Assembly (NCBI GenBank): GCA_037379345.1
Contig: CM074515.1
Location: 21,576,001-21,640,000, forward strand
Length of the DNA stretch: 64,000 bases
Reading direction: 5' to 3'
Origin: Perna viridis
Taxonomy: Eukaryota
Part shown: positions 26,752 to 39,762 of the stretch, in pieces
Numbering within the stretch: position 1 is the first letter of the stretch
Layout of the letters: every line of letters begins with the position of its first letter
Notes under the pieces: generated by a model
What the model saw: only the letters and a program-made list of their open reading frames with translations
The model's database searches: none
Told to the model about the DNA's origin: nothing
Made by a program: the position numbers and the translations under genes

Positions 26752-27431
26752 TACTTTAGGAAAACCACATTGGAGATATATATTTATCATAAATCTGCTA
26801 AAGAATGAGTAATCAATGTAGCAGAACTTAAAAATAACCAAAATTATTGCTCAACAAGTTGTGGTTTATCGGAATCTTCTTTTTCATCCTATCCTCTGTG
26901 TCTGGTGACAATTGTTTTGATTCCCAGTGGTTGGATTGATTTCAAATTTGGTATGTAGCTTTAAATTGGTCGGGCATACATTAAAATTTTGGTTGCTGCC
27001 CACTATCGTTTTCCTATTTTATTGGATTGCCATACTATGGGGGTATAAATAGCATGACAATTCATGCAACTTTATATTTGGATGCCAGGGTTAAGGCACT
27101 TAAATTTAAAATCTTGTGAGAAATTTTGCTCTTAATTTTTCAATTTGTACATACCTCTTTATAGATACCGGTACTTAATTTCTAGACTTATACATCTAAG
27201 TGTTTTTATTGCAAATAAAAAATAAACCAGTTATGTTAGATTTGATTGGTCACAAGACAGAAACTAAAGATTTCAAGGAATTTTGTTGGACATAAGAACA
27301 AGAAAGGGATAGTGCTCTGAAATTCAACCAAAACTCCAAGGAATTTATAGTAGAATTCAGAGACAACTACCTTATCTTTCCTATTCCATGCAGTGACATA
27401 AACACTAAACAAAACTTGATGTTAATTTCAG

Positions 27432-27524
27432 TCTGAGGCAAGGTATGAAGAAGAAAAAGAAAAGTTACAGAAGAAACTAATGTCTGATCAACATAAGCTG
27501 TTAGAGAGATATAAAAGTAGAGAG
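27432..27524 (+). CDS. PHLDB: PHLDB-like exon (SEARYEEEKEKLQKKLMSDQHKLLERYKSRE)
   Basis: aatttcag|TCT ... GAG|gtatgt; 93 bp, phase 0/0; continues the LL5 ESRxEEERE pattern. Not in the ORF track because it is too short. Confidence 0.9.
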
Positions 27525-28638
27525 GTATGTCTTCAACTGGTGAGGTGGTGTAAATAACAAAAAAGGGGGTCTTTGTAAGTAGAGAGTATGTTTACAGCTG
27601 TATAGGGGAGTAAATAACTAAAAGGGGAGTCCTTGGATCTAGCTATGTTAACACTCTAATGCTTTCCTGAAGAATGAATTGCTCTTAAAGATAACAGACA
27701 TTAGTTTACTTCAGGACTTCAATAAAATTTAAAATAAAACAAAAATAAATTCATGAAAATTAGCATGGTCTTTTTTATAGACAGATTTTTTATGTTTCAT
27801 GTAAAGGTACTTAAGCTAACATTATACTTACTTGTTGAAGTGAATAAATCAAAATGATCGACTTAATGGGAGAGAACTTCCACATACTGTCATAAGTTTG
27901 CGGGATTTTTTGGTTAAGTGAAGGTATTGATTTCCTAACCATAAATTGCTTGGCTATGCATTTACTAAAAGTAAATATTGATGACATATTTTGAGTGGTA
28001 GTTAAATCCAAATTCTAACCAAGATTTTTTTCAGAACTTAAATATATCTGATAAAAAAAAACAATCATGAGGAAAAACTTTATTGATAACTACACTTATG
28101 GATATTTAGCAAGTTTGAAAATACAAAGACAACATTATTATATTTTCCAACAATGTAATATTTTTTTAATACAATTTTTATCCCTCTGTCATGCAGACAA
28201 GTCAGTGACAGCTCTAATAACTTTAGAAAACATTTCTTTGCATGTATCAACCTTAATGTTTGGACAGTATTTGTCAAGGGGATAAAGTTTTGAACAACTG
28301 GCCCCAAGTTACTTGAATTGTATAAGGTCCTCTTTACATTAATGAAAAATCAAACATTTCTTCTGAAAAAGAAAATCATATCAAGGAAAAAAACATTTGA
28401 CAGCTCCCCCCTCCATTTCAAGCAGGAAAAAAACAAGCCAGATTGCACTGTCTAGGTTTCAAAACAGACTTTTTTCAAATTGGCATGGTCCATTGGCCAC
28501 TTAACCAAAGCAAAATTGTACATTGTACCACCAATAAAGCTGATGTTAATCTTGAGTTGCTTCCCTTTAAAATGATTTTATATTGATATCTATAAAAATG
28601 ACCAAAATACTTGATAATGAATTTTCACATTTTGATAG

Positions 28639-28749
28639 AATCGACTGAAACAAATAGACACTCAACAAAGTGAGATGTTAACTGGTGTTAGGAAAGACTT
28701 GGAAATTTTGGAACAGAGTCGACTACAGCTTGTGGAACAGCTCAGAAAG
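28639..28749 (+). CDS. PHLDB: PHLDB-like exon (NRLKQIDTQQSEMLTGVRKDLEILEQSRLQLVEQLRK)
   Basis: ttttgatag|AAT ... AAG|gtctgt; 111 bp, phase 0/0; resembles LL5 ERLAILDSQ...LQLLQK. Confidence 0.88.
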
Positions 28750-29538
28750 GTCTGTCTGTCTGATCCATGTCAATGTAATTATTAATTCAGTGTTTTGTTA
28801 TACTTTGCTTTTTTGCTTTATTTGTTAGAGATTTCCAATTTTTATTCCTGTTTCCTAATTTTAGTTTTAGTTTTGGTATATTTGTTTTTCTCTTGTGTTT
28901 ATTACACTGTGTTTTGCTTTTTATAGTATTAAAAGGTATTTTATCTTAATTCATACTTGAATCCTTTAATTTTATGAGCTGATGATGATAAGGCAGCAAA
29001 CTGGTCTGAGTTTGCACTTGAAATGTGCTAACTGTTTGACAGAATCTAATTTTTCCTGTTAGCCAATTAAAATGCCAATAGTGACTATGAACTCATTTTC
29101 TACCAATTACATTCACCATTGACATTCTGGACAATAATGCTTGTACTGAATCTCAAATTATCCTCAAACAAAAAGCAGTTCACCTAAGGTCTTTCATTTT
29201 TTGCGGTATTTTTCAGTAATAATTTGAAACAAATACATGTTTATGTTATTAAAAAACTAACCATACTTATAAATTGAATAAATGTCATTTTTGTTTTTAA
29301 TTTTGTCTTCATCAAAGTCAGCGTTAAGCTTGCCCTATTAAGATCACTTGACATTAACTGCAATGACGTCATTGAAGACACAATGCTGTTTATTCCATAT
29401 TAACAAATGGTATCTGCTCATAGAATTTAAAAAAAAACATGATTCTCCCACCTGAAGATTGGAAACCACTTAAGAATTATAATTTACTATTTAATATTGT
29501 ATTTTTCTATGTGTGAAGTTACGGACTTTTATTTCCAG

Positions 29539-29616
29539 GAAAGCACAAAATTAATAGAATTAAAGAAGAAACTAAAATCCCAGACAAAAACTGATGAAGA
29601 TGACTTTTCAGATGAG
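29539..29616 (+). CDS. PHLDB: PHLDB-like exon (ESTKLIELKKKLKSQTKTDEDDFSDE)
   Basis: ttttatttccag|GAA ... GAG|gtatag; 78 bp, phase 0/0; resembles LL5 EKEKLTVLERR. Confidence 0.85.
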
Positions 29617-30172
29617 GTATAGCTTGAGCACAAAATTTAATCTCTTCACAACTAATTGAAATGGGATACAATACTAATAATAGGTTGAAATAGGATTTAC
29701 CAAAGTTTGAAGTACTTAAAAAAAATATAGAAATAAGTTAAATTTTTATCTAGGGAATATTTGTTTTCTAGCATAATAGATTGCAGCAAATCAAATTTTA
29801 TTTGATTTACTTAGTTCATAATTGCATGATATGTTTTTTTATTTAGTATTAGAATTGTTGACTCTGGCTTTTTTACTCCCCCATTTCACAATAGAGAGTG
29901 CTTTTTTTCTTGGTTTTGCATGCTTTTCTTCTTATTTTGTATTTTTTTTTACCTATATCATCAATGGTGAAAGCCGATCTAGTTGCTTGAATCAGTTTGT
30001 CTGTCCATCCATCTGTCACACCGACTGGGTACCTACTTTTAAATCTGTTACTCAAAAAGCATTTTACTAATATTATTCAAACTTTGCACAGTCTTTTTAT
30101 TCATATCGAAAATGTGAATCTCTTATTATGGTGAAATTATATTATTTTTTTTCAACATTTTTAGCATGTTAA

Positions 30173-30550
30173 GTAGAACTCCGCATAAGAATCATGCAAA
30201 TGTGAAAGCCTACATATTCTCATTTTTGATATTTTGTTAAAAATGTCATAGCAAACAGAAAGTAACATGTAGTTTTTCATATAACCCTTGTTCATAGGAG
30301 ATAAAATTTATATAGAATGTACTGTAGAATTAAAAATTAAGGGAGATAACTATGTAAATTACACATAGAATTTATTGGATTTTCCATGTGTATTATCTCC
30401 TAAGAGCAGACGGATAGGAATGAATTATTATACATTTCATCATATAGATCTACATGTATAAAGCAACTTAATAACAAAAATAAAAATATGAAGCCTTTTT
30501 AGGTGTATCACATTTTACAGAGTTTGCATGATTCTTAAAAAGACTGGTAC
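30173..30550 (-). mobile_element. TTAA-flanked MITE, copy 3 (inverted)
   Basis: Reverse complement of copies 1 and 2; TTAA|GTAG ... GTAC|ATAA. Confidence 0.75.
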
Positions 30551-31036
30551 ATAAACATTGTCTTCTCACTGTATGTTGTCAGTGATAATACTCTGTGTAA
30601 TCTATAACTTAAAATGTGTAATATCAAACAAACTTTGCAAACTGTTTATCGGTATACATACATATTCTTTGTTTACTGTTTTGATATGGAAAAATGGAAG
30701 AACTTGTACAATAGATTAAACTCCTAATAAATACAGATGAAGAATTGAATGTTTGTTTGTAGTTCTAGGATCATCATGAATACATGATAAAAAGTCTAAT
30801 CATGGCTTGATCTTACAAATAATTTTTGAAAGAAAATGTATATTGGTACATGTGATACTATTTGTCCACAGCTTTGACATGTACATGTACTATCTCGGAA
30901 GAAAATGTTATTGAAAATGTCTAAGCGCTTACTTGTCATCTTTATGATTGTCTAAAAAATGATGAAGGTTACATTTAAGTGTTGATAACACAAAAATTAG
31001 TCCATGGTATTTCAATGTTTCATATGATTCTTGCAG

Positions 31037-31208
31037 GAAAAACCAGACAGTTTCTCAGACATCAACCAGAATTCCTCGCCGAAATCTTCTATAGTTAACA
31101 GTACTACTGTATCTCATTGGTTAACTAATTCTGCCAAAGGTGAGAGAAAGAAATCTGCCACAATGCTGGAGATCGAGAAAAATCACACACTTTTCCTAGA
31201 GCAACAAG
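31037..31208 (+). CDS. PHLDB: PHLDB-like exon (EKPDSFSD...SATMLEIEKNHTLFLEQQG) ending at a GC donor
   Basis: ttcttgcag|GAA ... CAAG|gcaagt; 172 bp, phase 0/1; SATMLEIEK...LEQQG resembles LL5 AATLQDIETKRQLALQQKG. Confidence 0.88.
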
Positions 31209-31963
31209 GCAAGTAGTTCGTACACTGACACTGGGTTATCTTTGATTGGACAAGAGTTATCTCCCTCATAACAGTATTTTATTTAATCATTTTACATGGA
31301 AATTTACTTGTTATAAAATTTCAAAAAAGCTGTACCGTCTGTGTTAGGATACCAATCCAACTTTTTTTTTTTTAAAATTGGTATTATGTTTTAAACCTAA
31401 TTACTCACTGCTTCTATGAAAGAGATATTGTTGCAGTTTTTAAAATGTTGAAAATAGCTTATGTTAACATAATTTACAATGCTTATGATTAATTTTTGAT
31501 GAAGCCATAAACATTTGCACAATAATTAGTAAAACATTTGGGAGATGATTCTGCATAAAGATTAAATATTAAAATCATGGATGATTTTCGAGTAGTAGAC
31601 AAAGTTGATGGACTATTTGTATCCATTTGATAACCCACTTTTTGCATGTTCAGAAAATAATTAAAACCTGAATGATCAGTGTACTAGTGCTTGACATAGG
31701 AGTTTACTAATGTAGTATGCAGAGACAATTCTTGGCTATTACTGTAGCTGAAGTTTTGTTTTTGCACTTTGTTTACTAATAACTGTTTTGTTTTTTAAAT
31801 TTATTATTAACTTTTTTCTCCTACTTACAGGTAGTTGTTTTATCAATTTCTTATTTCATGGTTTTGAGTTTTCTATGAGAGTAAAAAAATTATTCTTTGC
31901 ACAGATGTATTTTGTAGTTCTAGGTTCTCTCTTATTATTTTGTTATATTTTATGTGTTATATA

Positions 31964-32153
31964 CTGTGAAAGTACTTTAATTCATGGATTACGGAGGAAA
32001 CACAAGTTCATGGATTCTGGAATTCGTGGTAATGAGGTTTTCAGGATACACATTGATGGGAATCTTCTTTTCGTTCTGAACCAAATTTTGTGGTTTGGTC
32101 TACCCATGAAAACCATGAAAATTGGTACCCCACGAATAATAGTACTTTCACAG
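31964..32153 (-). mobile_element. TA-flanked MITE (CTGTGAAAGTACT TIR), copy 1
   Basis: TA|CTGTGAAAGTACT ... AGTACTTTCACAG|TA; reverse orientation relative to the other three copies. Confidence 0.8.
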
Positions 32154-32960
32154 TATCAGGTAAAGTTGTCAAGATTCAAAATTTTAAGTTTGGAGTTTTA
32201 TTAAATAAATATATTTGATATGGTGAATGTTTAAAAGAGGCTTGTAGTACTAACATTTCTTTTATAATGAACAAATTCGTTTTTTTTTGCCACTTTCACA
32301 ATGTTTTCAGTTTGATAACATTAAAATGTTAAGTTTCCATTATATTTTCCCTTTTTAAGTGGATTTTACACAAGTTTCTTTTAAAAACTTCTTATGTACA
32401 ATTTGTACACATTCATGGAAATGAATATGATTTTTTACACTTTAATTGTTTCAACAGAAAAATCATTATTTGTTCTGTCATCTGAGTTGCTTCCCCTCTT
32501 CATTCTTTAGAAACATCTGTTGTTCATCAAGTCATCAATCTAAAACTATCTTCTGTTTTGATATTTAGGGCTACCTAAAACAGGTAATGTTGTTCTGACA
32601 CTTATTCACCTTTATTAATCATTTATAATTATTTCATTTGGAATCTTGATTTGGTAATTGGGAAGTTTTATTTTTATTTTCAAATCAGAAATGGACATTA
32701 TATTTTATAGTATGAAAATAAATGTAGGTACCAGGATTTTCAAGCTGCTGAACATTTATATAAACAAGTAGGATAAATCTGGGTTATAGTTGGAGCTTTC
32801 ATTTATTTAATTTTTTTTTTTGTTTTTTTTTTATTTAAGTGGAATTGAAGAGTTTTGGAAATCCTTAACTGTACATGTTTTGCACTTTTAAAAGATTCTG
32901 AGAACATGTATTTCATGTATATGGCTGATATTATAAATAGTTTGCATGAGATATTTAATA

Positions 32961-33213
32961 CATACCTGTTAACCCTCCCACATTTTGGGGGAGATCCTCA
33001 CAAAATCAATGAAAAATTTAGAGGATCCCACATAAAAATGACAGATTTATGGGAGGTTTTGGTTCAAATTACTATATTTTCTGTGAAAAAATATTAGATA
33101 ATTGAATTTTTACTTTAAAAAAAGAAATTGCTTTTATGTCAAAATCTCCCACATGAGACAGTGTCGATGGGGGAGAATTTCCTACATGAACTGTTCCCAG
33201 GTAAACAGGTATG
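32961..33213. mobile_element. TIR element (CATACCTGTT...AACAGGTATG)
   Basis: 14-bp near-perfect TIR and internal ctccc/gggag motifs; no clear TSD. Confidence 0.55.
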
Positions 33214-34014
33214 GTAAGATGGTTTACAGTTTCAACTAGTAACATTTTGTGAGCCTGTCCTTTCTTGGGTGTTTAATCTGCTGTCCCTCTGTCCATTAGT
33301 CGACACTTTGTACAATAACTCAAAAATGCTTTGAGGGAATTTAATTTTTTTTAGTACATGTTTGTGTTCATTGAATTCATTTGTTATTAAATGTTTCCCC
33401 AATTTCATTGTTTTAGAGTTATGTGACTTTAAATATCAGGAAAATGGGGAATGGGCATATCATGTGCTATAAGGCAGCCATTTATTTTACACTCAATTAT
33501 TATTTCTCGTACACAAAAGTCAAACAGCAGAAAATGATTTCTTGAATTTACTCAAATGGTTTCAATGTCACGTTTAATTCTTATAATTATTATCGGAAGA
33601 CATTTAGCTTTCTTATCAGGACAGTTTTGATTTTATTTTCCAATATCATTATTTCCCACATAATATCAATACTAGCAGTAAATGGATATAGCATCCGATT
33701 GGTCATCATTTTTCTTTTTCGTTGGTGTGAAGAATTACTCCAATTTAGGAAGCTGATACTAATAGAGCACACCCACAAAGCAATCATATTATAGTCATGT
33801 TGATTAATATTGTTTACATTAATTACACCTCCTACCCTGGTTTTGTGTAGTCATGTAGCCATATATAATAGTCTTAATAGATATGGACCATATGAATTCT
33901 GATGACAACTGTTTTAGGTTTTTAATACCCCGATTCCATGGGTGGTTTAATGAAATCATGTCTGTCCATCCTGCAGAACCATGTTGCAGTTATCTTGACT
34001 CCCAAAAAAAAGAG

Positions 34015-34217
34015 GACGTTTACCCTTCCGGTACACCTGGTCCATGCTCCCAGTTTTTATTGGAGTCCGAGTTGCTCATTTGCTTTTGTTACTATTTATG
34101 TATTATTTTAGTTACTTAATGTTTTTTGTTTGTATGTCTGTTTTCTATGTTTGGTCTTTGTCCCTGGATTACTCTCTTTTGATTTCCCCTAGAACCTTGG
34201 TTCCTTTGATTATTCTT
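34015..34217 (+). mobile_element. Dispersed repeat, copy 2 of 26442-26640
   Basis: Collinear high similarity; explains the similar spurious ORFs at 26436 and 33883/34044. Confidence 0.65.
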
Positions 34218-35286
34218 TCCCAATGGATGGATATATGTTATTTGGTATGTGACTTTATTAGATGGGGCATACATTTTAGGGTATTTTAGATGTTGTCACA
34301 TGAAAACTTTTATGAGTATATGATAATTTTGCCTTGTTTCATGGTGTAGTTTGTGATGATATTTTATTTACACAGAAAAAGTAGCCATGGGTTACTTTGT
34401 CAGTCCTTAACGCCTTTTTGTTACATTAAACATGTTAGTGCTAAGCATGAAAAACATGACAAAACATGTTACAAACTTTCCTGTGATATATTTTTTATTT
34501 ACTTGTGAAATAAATACTATAGCATCATTGTATTAGAAAGAAATTGCATTAATGATTTTTATCTTATTAAAGCATGTCATATTCTGCTTTTAATTACAAT
34601 TTAAATTTCTTCTTTAGAAACATTAAGAATTAAGAGAGCATTGCATAATATAAGTTTTTTATGGTAATGATAAAGAAATCAGAAATGAAAACCTGCAGTC
34701 AATTAAAGTAAAGCCGGGTATTGAAATAAATAAATCAATGAAGATATTTCCGTAAAAATAGTGATAAGAAGTGTTTCTTCCGAAGATAAAAGGGTTTTGT
34801 CTTTGATTATTCTCTGATGATTTTTGGATCTTTTTGATCTTTGTTTCTTGTGTATTATGTAACTACCTTGTCTTAATGAAGGGAAGAGTAAGACTTGGTC
34901 TCCTGTTATTATCTTGTTAATTAAGTTTTGTGAAAGCCATCTAAACTGAGCCTTGAAGAAACAAGAAACCCATCTAAACTAATCATGTGGAGAATACTTT
35001 TCTTATCACTTTCTATGTATAGTGGACTTAATTAATACCCAACTACCTGCCCTACTCAAAGAAAATATCTGAGGCAAGGACATCTCTCAGAGGCAGATCC
35101 AGGACTTGGGTTAGAAGGTGGATTGTAAATAGAATTAAAGGGTGAGGGAATCAAAGCAAGAGAATTTTTGGAGAAGAATTTGTGAAAAATCAAGATTTCA
35201 TGCATAAAATGTTCTCCCCAATTTTTAGGGGTGAGGTGTACACCAAGTCCAATGAACCTACGTCTGTTTCGCTAAACTAGTCTCAG

Positions 35287-35616
35287 CAGTGGTATTTTTT
35301 GCTTTAAATTACTTTTGAAATAAGGCTGTTTCTTTAAATGAAAGTTTCCCAGTTTGTGACAAAAAATGGCTCAAAACATTACCAAATAAAGATGAATTAT
35401 TTCCCAACAGGAAGTCGTCGGGTAAGGATTCAAAACTACGTTGATTAATTGTTCATGATTTCTTTTTTTATCATCCTCTATAAAATGAATGATTTCAACG
35501 ACAGGTTCTAGGTTTTGTAGTGTTATTCCGAACTTCCCAATTTTAAAAAAAAATTATGCATATTTTCCCAATTAAAAAAGGATAAGATCGGTTTTAAAAA
35601 GCCAACAATATCACTG
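35287..35616. mobile_element. hAT-like MITE with an imperfect 5-bp TSD
   Basis: CTCAG|CAGTGGTATTTTTTTGCTTT ... AAAGCCAACAATATCACTG|CTCAC. Confidence 0.55.
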
Positions 35617-36717
35617 CTCACAATTCTATATGGATTTGTCATGTCATAATATTTGTCAGCATTTATTTCATGTTACTTTGTTTTTAAAAATTTTCAGCTT
35701 TTAAGATTTTCTTGCATGAAACTTCACTATGATGTGAATAGAGATAAATAAATCATAAAACTATTTCTTTTAGGAATACTTAAGATGAAATTCTATTATT
35801 TAATTTGGGCAACATTATAATGATGTAAAATATTAAGTTGATATTGATTATAATTATGTCATACACCCTTTAACTTTGAAAACATGAGTTTGGAATACCA
35901 TTATGATTTTTCAATCAGGATTTAATACTGTTGTCTCTCAAACAAGTCAGAAATTCAATTATATCTTTACCATTATGTAAATCCTTTATCAGGGAGATCA
36001 TAAGTTAGTGTTTTATTTCCAAGGCATTAGCATGTGTCATCGTAGATCACTTTTTTGACATGTCTATTAAATTTGATAATAGTAGGAATCTTCTGCTTAT
36101 TTCCGATCTACATCAAATATTTTTAGTACCAAGCTTACTTAATTGTGGTGAGTCTTTTTTTGGTTTCCTTTGTTGTAATAATAAAGATGACTTTCAGGAA
36201 CTGAAATCCATTTCCAATTCCTTCTGGGAAAGTTAAGCCTTATCTGTTAGTGGAAAACCAAAACAAATCACTTTTATTTCTTCAGTAATGGAAATGTTGT
36301 TTTTTTTTTTCAATATTTGTTGAAAAGTTTTTTCTTACAAGTATAATTTTCAGGATATTTTTAAAATTGATGGTTTTTTTTAATACTTGTATTTCATTTA
36401 TTTAGAGCAGTGTAATTTAATATTTAACATTAAAGCTTCCTGAGACTGTCAATTATTTTATTTTCACATGTATATGGTGTTCAATAGCTTCAAAATATTT
36501 CTACTGCACTTAGCAAATTTAGTAATTCCCCCTCAGTATTTACATGACTGAAGGGGGGATTAAAAAAAATGTATTCATATTATTATAGCATGGCACACTT
36601 TCATTTTTTGGGGGTAATAACATCTTTTTTTCCATAGGAAGAACTTTCATAAACTGGGTGAAGCTGGTTGTTAAGAAAAGTTCTGATTATTACATTTTTT
36701 TATTATTTCCTTGTTAG

Positions 36718-36904
36718 GAAGTACATTGATTGAGCAAGAAAGGAAAAGACTAGTAGAATTGAAAAGGAGGGCAGCAGATGAAGGTCGGGCCCAGTGGGAG
36801 GAGAGAAAAATGAGAGAAGCTAATTGTAAAAGTTTTAACTCCCTCGAATCAGAGGACTCCAGTATTGCTAGCAGCTGTGAAACTCCTTCAGAGAAAGAAA
36901 CAAG
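36718..36904 (+). CDS. PHLDB: PHLDB-like exon (GSTLIEQERKRLVELKRRAADEGRAQWEE...SLESEDSS...EKET)
   Basis: atttccttgttag|GA ... ACAAG|gtatga; 187 bp, phase 1/2; resembles LL5 VIEEQRRRLAELKQKAAAEAQCQW and SLESSDS. Confidence 0.93.
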
Positions 36905-37782
36905 GTATGAGTTATTTCCCTTGATGTGTTGAAACGTGGTAGGAGTTATTTGCCTTAAAGTGTAGAAACAAGATAGTAGGAATTATATCCCTTGAAGTGT
37001 AGAGTGTGATATTTATTTTCTTTAAATTATTTGAAACTTAAAAAAAAAAAATGCTATTAGCACATTTTAATTCTTTATTCTGATGTTTCAGTCATGAAAA
37101 AAGTATTCCATTCTTTAATGGACTGTAGTGTATATATTACATGTGTTTATTGATTTGCCCGTGTTATAATTCCTTTTTTTCTTTAATGCCCAATGCCCAC
37201 ATGTCTCTGCATACAGGACAAGAATACATTTTATAGCATTTCTTATAATCAACCAGTCTTTTTTTTTTAGTCTGATTATTTTATATGGAGATTCTTCATT
37301 TGTTAAATCTATTACTGGTTATAATATTGTCATGGCATTTTGCCTGTCATCTATAATCAGACTGGCAACAATCAAAAGGCAATCAGATGTCATACTTAGG
37401 CTGGTGATCTTTATATAATTACTCTATAAAATTGTGTTCTTGGTAATAGAATGGATTTAACACGAAAATATGGAATGGAGTATGCTATATGATAGTATAA
37501 ATGATTCAAGAAGATTTTAGGCTTTGCCTATAAGGAGTTATTTGTACTCAAATAACATTTGACTTTGTTGATAATGTACCACTATACTTTTAATGTCTCG
37601 GCCAACAGGATTATATGAGACTTCCAATAACACCCTATCTGTCTGTGTTAAAAGTTTAAACAATCAATTCCTAAATGCATACTTCATTTCTGAAATATAC
37701 CACTTCCGACAAAATGATTTTAAGTCTTTCATGTTTCAAACATTTACATATATAGGACATCTATAAAGCTGCATCTTTTTAA

Positions 37783-37993
37783 GGAGGTAGACCTAGGGTA
37801 AGGGACACCACTCTTATAAATCACTGGAACGTTTGTATTCAGCATTTTACATCAATGTCATGTAATCATCAAAGTAACTTGGACTGATTTCATTCTGTTT
37901 CAAATGAATGCTTGATAGGCTTTGGTTAAATTAATATGATACAAGCATATCACTGATTACAATGGTTTTGTCCCTTACCGTAGGACTACCTCC
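37783..37993 (+). mobile_element. Kolobok-like MITE (24-bp TIR), copy 1
   Basis: TTAA|GGAGGTAGACCTAGGGTAAGGGAC ... GTCCCTTACCGTAGGACTACCTCC|TGAA (22/24 TIR match). Confidence 0.75.
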
Positions 37994-38209
37994 TGAAGAT
38001 GACTTTAAAAGGTATATACTGGGTATGTCATGGTGAAATGTAGTATGTCTAATTGATTAACTTCCTTTTCATATTTTTTACACTTAATCAGTAATCTTAA
38101 AAAATCAGTGTGTTTGGTCGTCATGCCTTTGCCTTTATGTTGTATGTGATTTGGGTTGGTGTTATATATCAACTTTCTGTACAAAAGTGGGGTATTCCCA
38201 ACACTACAA

Positions 38210-38366
38210 CAGGGGAAAAAAAGTAGAAAATATATGCTGGTAGCCCAGACTTTATGTTTGTTTAATATTTTCTGTATGTTCAACTAAATTTTACCCGAAA
38301 GTTTGGTAGCCCAACTCAAAATCTAGTAGCCATGGGCTACTGGGTAACTGCTTATTTTTAGCCCAG
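38210..38366. mobile_element. hAT-like MITE with 5-bp TSD
   Basis: TACAA|CAGGGGAAAAAAAG ... CTTATTTTTAGCCCAG|TACAA. Confidence 0.55.
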
Positions 38367-39180
38367 TACAACACAGCCTTATTTTAGGGATGTCAGATAT
38401 CTTAGATCAAATGGTCTACTTCCTCTTTTTAGAATTTTTCTTCTTTGGTCACTGTCCAATTTGACAATGACTAGTCAACCTTTGAACTAGATAAGTATCT
38501 GACCTACTGGAAAAATAGGTTACGGATCCAGAAATATATGGTAAAGATTATTATTTACTTCAACTTAACACTTGAGTAGAAAGCTCCAAATTTAGAACCT
38601 AAACCTAGAATAATTGCAATTTCATTGTTCTGAAGACTCAATAAGATTGTACCAGAAAATATGCATTTGAACATACATTTGAAAAAATTAATGCATTTTC
38701 CATGTTGATGGAAGCAAACAGACTAACATCGTTATCTTGTATCTGTTTTGGTATCTGGATCATTGATCTTATTATAAGTCCAAATTATCAAATTATTTGC
38801 ATTTGCAATTTAAAAATGTAAATTATGTTGTTTGCAGCATCAATTTCCAGTGATTTAAGGCTTTAATTTCAAAATTATGTAAAACAAATTTGATGTCTTT
38901 ATTTATCTGAAAAGGGATCAGTATTCTGTCGATTTTGTTTTTGAACTTATACAAGGCATTGAAAATTGAGAATTCTGTCAATTAGAATTTTTTTAATTGA
39001 GTCATGAGTTAAATCTGTATATTAATGGCTTAATGATTCTGTATATTTCATAGAAATCGGCTACTATCATGACGGTGAATTCAGTACATAAGTTATACAG
39101 TACAGTCAGTACAAAGTCCCCCTATTTTGAAATATCTGAGATTTCTTACTCATTTTCCCAGTTTTTGACATTGTATGATA

Positions 39181-39378
39181 CAGAGTCGTAGCCCCTGGTA
39201 GGGTAGGCACTACTTGAGCAGTACCAATAAATTTTGTTGGTATGTTATGCAGTACCTGAAATTCTTGTTTAATTAAAAAAAACAGGGTATTTCACTCAGT
39301 AACTTAATAAAAACAAATTCAAACATATGTTTTTGTTATCCCTGCTGTACCAATTGAGATTTTGGTGCTACGCCTCTG
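39181..39378. mobile_element. hAT-like MITE with 5-bp TSD
   Basis: TGATA|CAGAGTCGTAGC ... GCTACGCCTCTG|TGATA. Confidence 0.7.
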
Positions 39379-39557
39379 TGATATGCTCATTGTTTTTAGT
39401 TTTAATTATTCTCTTTTTATTACTGAAGACCACTAAGGGTGGTAAGTCATGCTGTTACAGTTAAAGTATTAACTAGATTACTGAAGGCAAGATAAATTTA
39501 CCTACTCTTCAGTTAAGACAGCATGACTAACCCTTGAAGTAGAGGTTATTTTACCTA

Positions 39558-39762
39558 CTGTGAAAGTACTTTTGTTCATGGGGTACCAATTTTCATTATT
39601 ATCGTGGGAAGGCCAATCCACGAAATTTGATTCCTATTAAAAAGGAGATTTCCATTGATGTGTATACTGAAAATATCAAACCAATAATTCAAGAATCCAT
39701 GAACTTGTGTTCCTTCCTAAATCCATGAAACTTGGTATCCACATATTAAAGTACCTTCACAG
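39558..39762 (+). mobile_element. TA-flanked MITE, copy 2
   Basis: TA|CTGTGAAAGTACT ... AGTACCTTCACAG|TA. Confidence 0.8.

Noticed and set aside
39053-39170. Possible next PHLDB exon after 36904
   Set aside because: The phase-2-compatible frame stops within 6 codons and there is no LL5 similarity; no convincing canonical downstream exon was found up to 64000.
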